From Patescibacteria group bacterium (GTDB lineage: Bacteria > Patescibacteriota > Minisyncoccia > Phycocordibacterales > Phycocordibacteraceae), in assembly GCA_040388985.1 (NCBI GenBank), contig JAZKAU010000002.1, positions 420,114 to 484,113 of the forward strand: a stretch of 64,000 nt of DNA, read 5' to 3'. Below the pieces are notes generated by a model that did no database searches, was not told the origin of the DNA, and saw only the letters and a list, made by a program, of their open reading frames with translations. Below, one piece after another: positions 57,886 through 64,000 of the stretch. Each line of letters opens with the position of its first letter. Position 1 is the stretch's first letter. Position numbers and translations under genes: made by a program.

Positions 57886-60003
57886 CTACGGTGCTTTAGC
57901 GGTCTGTCCGGGCCACGGAGCTATCATGAGTAGCCCTTCGGTCTCCGGAAGACTCTGCCAGATCTCTTCGGTGACAAACGGCATGAACGGATGCAGGACG
58001 GCAAGCACGTCGCGCAACAGGGAACGCAAGAGCGCCTTGCGTGATGCTATCGCTGCGCTATCGTTCCCGGTGAATATCGGTTTTGATTCCTCGAGGAGCT
58101 CGTCGGCGAGGCGGTGCCAGGCGTAGTGATATATCTTCTCGGCGGCGAGGTAGATGCGATAGGCTTCCATATCGGAGGTAATGTCAGTGATAAGCGCATC
58201 AAGCTCAGTACGAAGCTCCTGGTCAGAAGGCGTAAGTTCAGCCATCTGATCAGCGCCGCTCGTATTCTCAAGTACGAAACGCGTGATGTTCCAGACCTTA
58301 TTCGCGAAGTTCTTGTATCCCTTTATCTTATCCTCGCGAAGCGCAAGATCGGTACCGGGCGTATTGCCAACGATGAGTCCTATACGTAGTGCATCAGTAC
58401 CGAATTTCTCCGTAAGCTCAAGGGGGTTGATGACGTTGCCTTTAGACTTAGACATCTTCTTATTATTCGCATCATTCACGAGGCCGTGCAGATAAACCGT
58501 GTGGAAAGGCGCCTTACCGCTCAGGTACAGGCCGAAACAGATCATGCGCGCAACCCAGAAGAAGATAATGTCGCGACCGGTCTCCATGACATCGGTCGGG
58601 TAGTGGGTAGCAAAGTCTTTTCCGTCGGGGTACCCGGTCGTCACGAGCGGCCATTGGCCGGAGGAGAACCACGTGTCGAACGTATCGGCGTCCTGGACCC
58701 ATCCTTCGCCCGGAGATTCAAGGCTCGCTATAGCATCGCCGTCCTTGAACCAGGCCGGTATCGGAATGCCCCAGATGATCTGTCGAGAGATATTCCAGTC
58801 GAGCGTATTCTCCATCCAGTGTCGGAATATCTTCTCCTCATGATCGGGAATGAAGCGCACGTTGCCTGCGTTCACCGCTTCGATAGCTTTCTTGGCAAGC
58901 GGCGCCATCTTCACGAACCACTGATCTTTCACTTGCGGCTCTATCATGGTCGAGCACTTATAGCAGCGCTTCACGACGTTCTGATATTTTTCATCGGTCG
59001 ATACGAGAAGTCCCTTGTTCGCGAGTTTCTCAAGTATCTTCCCGCGCGCTTCAGTTATCTTCATGCCTTCGAATTCGCCGGCAATGGGGAGAAGCTTCCC
59101 GCGCCAGTCGATGATCTGCTCCATATCAAGCCCGTGACGCTTGGCGATCTCGAAGTCCACCTGACTGTGCCAAGGCGTGATAGTCATGACACCCGTCCCG
59201 AATTCCATCTCTACGGCAGAGTCCTTGATGACGGTCGCGGTTATCGGACCATTTATCCACTCCAGCTCGAATGTGTCGCCATGCGCGTACTTCGCGTAAC
59301 GCTCATCTTCCGGATGCATGACCACGTATTTGTCGCCGAATTTTGTTTCCGGACGCACGGTACCTATCTCAAAAGGACCGTATTTCATCGTATAGAAAGG
59401 AGTGTTCTCTTCTACGCTCTCAGTCTCGATATCGGACAGGGAGGTCTGATGCTTCGGGCACCAGTTCACGGTACGCTTGCCGCGATAGACTAGGCCGTCA
59501 GCAAACATCTTTATGAATGTCTGCTGCACACGCTCGACCACATCCGGGTCAAGGGTGAATTTCTCGCGCGACCAATCGCAGGAGGCGCCGAGCGCTTTGA
59601 CCTGGCTTTCCATATTCGACTTGTTAGCGAGCGTGAAGGCGAGTATCTCCGCATAGAGCTCTTTCGGGTCCATGCCGAAGCGCGAACGTCCTTCCTTCTC
59701 AAGCTGCTTCTCATACACCACCTGGGTCTCGAAGCCTGCGTGGTCGGCGCCCGGTATCCAGAGCGCCCGGTATCCGCGCATGCGCTTGTAGCGTGTCATG
59801 AGGTCCTGAAGCGCCACGAAGAGCGCGTGGCCGGCGTGCAGGTTGCCGTTGGCGTTGGGCGGCGGCATCACGATGGTGAACGGCTCGCGAGACTCGGCAT
59901 CCGGCAGATTGTCGGGGTTAAAATACCCGCTTTCTTCCCACGCCGTATATATGCGCTGCTCGGTGTCGGCGGGATTGTAGGGTTTTAAAAATTTCTCATC
60001 CAT
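57886..60003 (-). CDS. valS: Valine--tRNA ligase (short form lacking C-terminal coiled-coil)
   Basis: 'PPPNANGNLHAGHAL' HIGH and 'KMSKSKGN' KMSKS motifs. Start taken at 'MDEKFLKPYNP' (60003) because the upstream in-frame extension runs into a repeat element. Confidence 0.9.
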   Translation of the reverse strand: MDEKFLKPYNPADTEQRIYTAWEESGYFNPDNLPDAESREPFTIVMPPPNANGNLHAGHALFVALQDLMTRYKRMRGYRALWIPGADHAGFETQVVYEKQLEKEGRSRFGMDPKELYAEILAFTLANKSNMESQVKALGASCDWSREKFTLDPDVVERVQQTFIKMFADGLVYRGKRTVNWCPKHQTSLSDIETESVEENTPFYTMKYGPFEIGTVRPETKFGDKYVVMHPEDERYAKYAHGDTFELEWINGPITATVIKDSAVEMEFGTGVMTITPWHSQVDFEIAKRHGLDMEQIIDWRGKLLPIAGEFEGMKITEARGKILEKLANKGLLVSTDEKYQNVVKRCYKCSTMIEPQVKDQWFVKMAPLAKKAIEAVNAGNVRFIPDHEEKIFRHWMENTLDWNISRQIIWGIPIPAWFKDGDAIASLESPGEGWVQDADTFDTWFSSGQWPLVTTGYPDGKDFATHYPTDVMETGRDIIFFWVARMICFGLYLSGKAPFHTVYLHGLVNDANNKKMSKSKGNVINPLELTEKFGTDALRIGLIVGNTPGTDLALREDKIKGYKNFANKVWNITRFVLENTSGADQMAELTPSDQELRTELDALITDITSDMEAYRIYLAAEKIYHYAWHRLADELLEESKPIFTGNDSAAIASRKALLRSLLRDVLAVLHPFMPFVTEEIWQSLPETEGLLMIAPWPGQTAKAP

Positions 60004-60020
60004 AGTGAAGCGTCCTAAAA

Positions 60021-60120
60021 CGTCCATCTGCTTTGTTATGGGTCCCGCTTCGCATCTGCGTCGTACGCCCAAGTACGCCTACAAAGCTTAGCTTCCCATG
60101 CCTCGCATCTGGAGCCTTTT
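60021..60120 (+). repeat. Intergenic repeat family 1, copy G
   Basis: cgtccatctgctttgttatgggtcccgcttcgcatctgcgtcgtacgcccaagtacgcc...cctcgcatctggagcctttta. Confidence 0.8.
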
Positions 60121-60183
60121 AGACTCGCTTCATCAAATATAGCAAATATAAGCTTAATTTTCCGCCCCGACCTGTTAGTTAGA

Positions 60184-60297
60184 GCTTCCTGAAATTTCCC
60201 GATCTGCCGCGTTGTCGCTATCGCTCAAGTCCTCATCGTACGCTCAAGTACGACTCGGCCTTTCGCTCTGCTACGCCTTGCATATCGGGTTTTTCAG
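60184..60297 (+). repeat. Intergenic repeat family 1, copy B (overlaps the tsaD stop codon)
   Basis: cttcctgaaatttcccgatctgccgcgttg...tcgtacgctcaagtacgactc...acgccttgcatatcgggtttttcag. Confidence 0.85.
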
Positions 60298-61487
60298 AAA
60301 CCTCTATTCATGAGTCTCAGATTCCCGTCCGCACGCAATTCTTGAGGGTCCGCAAACTCTTTTCGAAGGGCATGAAAATAGCCCGCAAGACCTATCATCA
60401 CGGCATTATCGGTCGCAAGATTAAAAGGAGGTATACGGAGCGCCACGTCAGGATGTTCGTCCTTAATCTTCTCTTCGAATACGCGCCGTATATGGAGATT
60501 CGCAGAGACCCCGCCGCTTACCACGAGTGTTTTCGCCCCGGTCTCTCTCAGGGCAGCATCTGTCTTTGACCAGAGTACGTCAGCAGCTGCGTCTTCGAAT
60601 TCAAGAGCCATGTATTCTTTATCGGTCTGGCTGATGTCCGGATTCTTCTTAAGAAGATAGAGTACGGCAGTCTTGAGACCCGAGAAGGAAAAGTCATTCG
60701 TTCCGGACTTGATCATCGGACGCGGAAGCGTATACGGATTCTCTCCGCCTCTCCCACGTGCCACCTCTGCCAGCCGCGATATCTCAGGACCTCCGGGATA
60801 GGGGAGTCCGAGCATCCGGGCTACCTTATCGAAGGCTTCGCCAACGGAGTCGTCGAGCGTGCCGCCGATAGTCGCATACGAGAGCCAGTCGCTCATGAGT
60901 ACGAGATCCGTGTGGCCGCCTGCGATGCCGAGCGCGAGCAGAGGAAGTCTAGGCTCTTCGACAAACAGGTCTCCGTCCTCGTCTTTCGCGATCGCGGAGA
61001 CGATATGTCCTTCAAGGTGATTCACCGCTATGAGCGGCTTGTTCCAGGCGAGTGCGAGCGCCTTCGCGAAATTCACGCCTACCCAGAGCGCAGGTTCAAG
61101 ACCGGGGCCTGCCGTGACGGCGATAGTATCGATATCCGGCGTTTCCATCTCGAGGACTGACGCGAAGAAAAGTTCCGTAAGGCCGGGCTCGCGCTCAAGC
61201 ACGGTCGCGATAGCCTCATGTACTACTTCTGGCATGCTCTGCGTATCTTCGCGTAGCATCTGTGCTTCCGCGAGCGCGGCTTCAAGGAGCGGCACCAGAT
61301 TCTTCGCGTGTTCGCGCTTGGCCATCATCGGGTAGACGCCGCCGTACTGGGCGTGCAGCTCTATCTGCGAGAGCAGCGCATTTCCGAGCACGGCGAAGCG
61401 CGCAGCATTTCCTTCACCCGTTGATTCGCATTCCAGTAGTGCGACCGCGGTCTCATCACACGAAGTCTCTATCGCAAGGAGTTTCAT
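60294..61487 (-). CDS. tsaD: tRNA N6-adenosine threonylcarbamoyltransferase TsaD (Kae1/Gcp)
   Basis: 'LAIETSCDETAVAL', 'GGV..N' motifs, ~60-aa insertion. The stop codon lies inside the terminal 'tttttcag' of repeat copy B. Confidence 0.85.
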   Translation of the reverse strand: MKLLAIETSCDETAVALLECESTGEGNAARFAVLGNALLSQIELHAQYGGVYPMMAKREHAKNLVPLLEAALAEAQMLREDTQSMPEVVHEAIATVLEREPGLTELFFASVLEMETPDIDTIAVTAGPGLEPALWVGVNFAKALALAWNKPLIAVNHLEGHIVSAIAKDEDGDLFVEEPRLPLLALGIAGGHTDLVLMSDWLSYATIGGTLDDSVGEAFDKVARMLGLPYPGGPEISRLAEVARGRGGENPYTLPRPMIKSGTNDFSFSGLKTAVLYLLKKNPDISQTDKEYMALEFEDAAADVLWSKTDAALRETGAKTLVVSGGVSANLHIRRVFEEKIKDEHPDVALRIPPFNLATDNAVMIGLAGYFHALRKEFADPQELRADGNLRLMNRGF

Positions 61488-61490
61488 CAG

Positions 61491-62330
61491 CTACGACTTA
61501 GATTTCCAGGGTATGGGAGTTCCCCATAGTAGAGAGAAGGCCGCCGCATAGGGATGGCCGTTGCCGCCGTACTTGCGCGCAAGCGCCGACACATCGGTAG
61601 TGCCGTCGCTCCGCAACGAGACGCGGACTCCCCAGGTATGTACGCTTGCGATAAGCGCTATAGGCGGGAGTTTTAATGATAGTTTATTTCCTACCGGCGA
61701 GACGAACTGTTTCGAGCATGAAGCGAGATAACACTCATATCCTTCAAATTCGATAAGCTCGGCCTGCGCCATGATCTGTGCGACGATTATCGATTTGTAT
61801 TCGGCATATACTCGCCCGTGCTCTATGATAGTCTCTCGTTCATGAGGATCCTCCATCTGAGCCTCGAGCGATTCCCACTCAAAGAATGTCTGAGGCCGCG
61901 TATAGAGATATGCGAGCGCTGATTCCGTATCGGGAAGGTCGGATCGATAGAGATCGCCCTGCTCTACGTACTGCAAGAGCATCGGTACGTTCGATTCAGG
62001 ATGGAAGTATTTCCAAGATATGACTGCGCCTGAGTGATCGCTCGTATACCGGTACTCTGGCATAGAAATAATGACATCTTCCACACCCTCGTGATGATCG
62101 AGTACGGTAACCGAAGCAGCCTCAGCTATATAGCGATCCATGATATCTTTCGGGTAGCAGAAGTCGACGAAGTAGAGATGGGCTCCTTCGAAGCCGGTAG
62201 GCGGTTCGATATCCCGCGACAAGGGAATATACTCAGCGCTATCGCCGAGCTTCTTCCAGGCAGCGTAGGCGCCGCCGAAGCCGTCAGGACAGTTGCCGTG
62301 ATAGAGGATGACGGTGCGGGGAGGTTCCAT
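61491..62330 (-). CDS. DHH-family phosphoesterase (NrnA-like)
   Basis: 'HGNCPDGFGGAYA', 'VLDHHEG' (DHH), 'YGGNGHPYAAAF' (GGGH). Confidence 0.65.
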   Translation of the reverse strand: MEPPRTVILYHGNCPDGFGGAYAAWKKLGDSAEYIPLSRDIEPPTGFEGAHLYFVDFCYPKDIMDRYIAEAASVTVLDHHEGVEDVIISMPEYRYTSDHSGAVISWKYFHPESNVPMLLQYVEQGDLYRSDLPDTESALAYLYTRPQTFFEWESLEAQMEDPHERETIIEHGRVYAEYKSIIVAQIMAQAELIEFEGYECYLASCSKQFVSPVGNKLSLKLPPIALIASVHTWGVRVSLRSDGTTDVSALARKYGGNGHPYAAAFSLLWGTPIPWKSKS

Positions 62331-62412
62331 AGGTTTACTGTATCGGTTTCAAAGTATAGTGGAAAGAGGACGGGATTCAGCCGCAGTCACTAACTCGCTA
62401 CGCTCCTAAGTG

Positions 62413-62495
62413 CTGCCGGCCCCGGCTCGCCGACAAGCACTCGAGGACTCGTCTTGTATACCGGCTCCGCCGTTCGAATCCCTCACCGCTGGTAA
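62413..62495. repeat. Second copy of the chimeric tRNA-end repeat (reverse orientation), fused to a tRNA-Val 3'-end fragment
   Basis: The reverse complement of 62427-62474 is identical to 51976-52023. 'gttcgaatccctcaccgc' (62475-62492) is an inverted copy of the tRNA-Val 3' end at 62541-62558. Confidence 0.8.
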
Positions 62496-62537
62496 AACAA
62501 TACTCGAAAACGGTTCCCGTTTTCTCGTTTGTTTTTG

Positions 62538-62610
62538 TGCGCGGTGAGGGATTCGAACCCCCGACATCGTCAACGTCAATGACGCGCTCTACCAACTGAG
62601 CTAACCGCGC
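62538..62610 (-). tRNA. tRNA-Val (GAC)
   Basis: Minus-strand gcgcggttagctcagttggtagagcgcgtcaTTGACGTtgacgatgtcgggggttcgaatccctcaccgcgca. Anticodon GAC. A terminator hairpin lies downstream at 62500-62535. Confidence 0.85.
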
Positions 62611-62738
62611 TGTAAGAGCCAGGATACCGCATATCGTCTCCATTTTCAATTCAACGGAAGGGTTCTCAAGGTCGCTTGCAATACCGGCTGATTGCGATAC
62701 ACCTAATAGCAGGAAACCTGTTCTGAGAGGAATTGTTC

Positions 62739-63029
62739 ATGAACGCGATGCTGCTTTTGTGCCGTCTGCGGCGCATGAGTATCGCGCTCATCGACGCGAT
62801 ACTCTGGATGCTCGGTCCTCCTTCCGGTGCCTTCTTCGCGATTGGAGGCTTGATGCTTTTCGGTAAGCGATACGACATCACGTTGTATATGACTTTCACG
62901 AGGAATGCATACGAGCGGATATATATCCTCATGGGCGCGCTGTACGTCCTGTGGATCACTGCTCTGGGCTGCTGGCTGCTCTCGCGGATATTGCGTCGAA
63001 TGACCGGAGGAAGACTGAACGGGAAATAG
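62739..63029 (+). CDS. Small hypothetical membrane protein (97 aa)
   Basis: RBS 'gagagg'. Two or three TM helices. A terminator follows at 63029-63054. Confidence 0.4.
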   Translation: MNAMLLLCRLRRMSIALIDAILWMLGPPSGAFFAIGGLMLFGKRYDITLYMTFTRNAYERIYILMGALYVLWITALGCWLLSRILRRMTGGRLNGK

Positions 63030-63116
63030 CCGCTGGTCCAGCGTGACCAGCGGCTTCGGCGTATCGTATCTTTTCCACACCGTCCTCCTTAGGGTGGTGC
63101 GGTATACCTAACCTAT

Positions 63117-63818
63117 ATGCAAACCATCATCCATCATGCAGAAGACCGCGGAAAAGGCGACTACGCTTGGCTTACTACGCGGTACAGCTTCAGCTTCGCT
63201 AACTGGTACGACCCGAAGCGGCTTGGCTTCGGGGCACTCCTCGTGATAAACGACGACCGTATCGAGCCCGAGCAGGGCTTCGGTACGCATCAGCACGAGA
63301 ATATGGAAATAATCACCATAGTTACCAGCGGTACGCTTACGCACAAGGACAGTATGGGGAATGTCGGCACTATAGGCGCAGGAGAAGTACAGGTCATGTC
63401 TGCCGGTACGGGCGTCGCGCATTCCGAATATAATGCGTCCGAGACTGAGCCGCTCATGCTCTTCCAGATATGGATTCGTCCGAACGTCCGAGACGTAGAG
63501 CCGCGCTACGACCAGAAGCAATTCCCGACAGATACCCGAGGCTTCACGAAGCTCGTGGGGCCCGTCGGAAGTAGCGACAGTCTCGGTATCCATCAGGACG
63601 CCTATATAACGAGCGCGACCTTGGCAGCGGGTGATTCGCATACCTATGACATCCGTAAGGAGGGGAACGGCATATATGCCTTTGTCGTCTCAGGCACGCC
63701 TGCTATCGCAGGCGTGCCGCTCCGCGCGCGCGACGCACTTGGTATTACCGAAACCGACTCGTTTGAGCTTACAGCAGATACTCCGGCCCAAGTATTGCTT
63801 ATAGAAGTCCCTATATAA
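63117..63818 (+). CDS. Pirin-family protein (bicupin)
   Basis: 'FGTHQHENMEIITIVTSGTLTHKDSMGN' His-rich cupin motif. Confidence 0.8.
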   Translation: MQTIIHHAEDRGKGDYAWLTTRYSFSFANWYDPKRLGFGALLVINDDRIEPEQGFGTHQHENMEIITIVTSGTLTHKDSMGNVGTIGAGEVQVMSAGTGVAHSEYNASETEPLMLFQIWIRPNVRDVEPRYDQKQFPTDTRGFTKLVGPVGSSDSLGIHQDAYITSATLAAGDSHTYDIRKEGNGIYAFVVSGTPAIAGVPLRARDALGITETDSFELTADTPAQVLLIEVPI

Positions 63819-63868
63819 ATAGTGAAGACGCGGCTTGTGGCCGCGCCTCCAGGTTTTGTAGTCGCCGT

Positions 63869-64000
63869 TATGGTTCGGCGTCCTGTTTCTTGAGCCATCG
63901 CGAGAGATGCCACGCCCCGTAGAGGGCAAGAGCGACTCCCAGCCATTGGACCGGCGTGAGGTGTTCTCCGAGCAGAAGCGCAGCGCCCAGGATGACCGCG
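63869..64000 (-). CDS. DMT/EamA-family transporter, 3' end only (gene continues beyond the window)
   Basis: The minus-strand frame translates to '...AVILGAALLLGEHLTPVQWLGVALALYGAWHLSRWLKKQDAEP*', which is EamA C-terminal helix-like. Confidence 0.45.

Noticed and set aside
60004-60072. Longer valS N-terminus (MGVRRRCEAGPITKQ...) from the ORF track
   Set aside because: The extension is read through repeat copy G. The conserved ValRS N-terminus begins at MDEKFLKPYNP, which has an ATG.

Overview
This is a 64-kb high-GC (~60%) bacterial chromosomal segment, densely packed and mostly single-copy housekeeping genes. The many small membrane proteins and DUF families, an orphan peptide-binding protein, a short ValRS, FeS-less glycosylases and tRNAs without encoded CCA suggest a reduced genome, possibly Patescibacteria/CPR-like (low confidence). 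Recognisable content, in order: lexA (5' partial) plus a Y-family polymerase (SOS pair); a minus-strand MFP-RND-MFS efflux operon; MliC-like, MltG, TypA/BipA, a DEAD-box helicase, DsbA-like plus VKOR, PAP2, FMN reductase, an AI-2E transporter, MsrB, Bcp; a DNA-repair cluster (nth, a second HhH-GPD glycosylase, alkB, with ogt further on); RNase J, an orphan family-5 SBP, secG, groES/groEL, LemA-MazG-HtpX, a GT2, an O-antigen-ligase/TPR protein, murJ, lepA, FtsB-like, Hsp20, PrsW-like, valS, tsaD, a DHH phosphoesterase, pirin. RNA genes: RNase P RNA (type A) and five tRNAs (Ser-GGA, Gly-CCC, Arg-CCT, Phe-GAA, Val-GAC). No rRNA, CRISPR, integrase or transposase was seen. The main non-genic discoveries are three things. 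First, an eight-copy ~105-bp intergenic palindromic repeat family. Second, a chimeric tRNA-3'-end-flanked repeat next to three tRNA genes, which bounds a small low-GC islet carrying a P-loop kinase, a CYTH protein and a glutaredoxin. Third, a ~20-bp inverted-repeat element sitting immediately upstream of both alkylation-repair genes (alkB and ogt). There is also a low-GC free-standing LAGLIDADG homing-endonuclease gene inserted between murJ and lepA.
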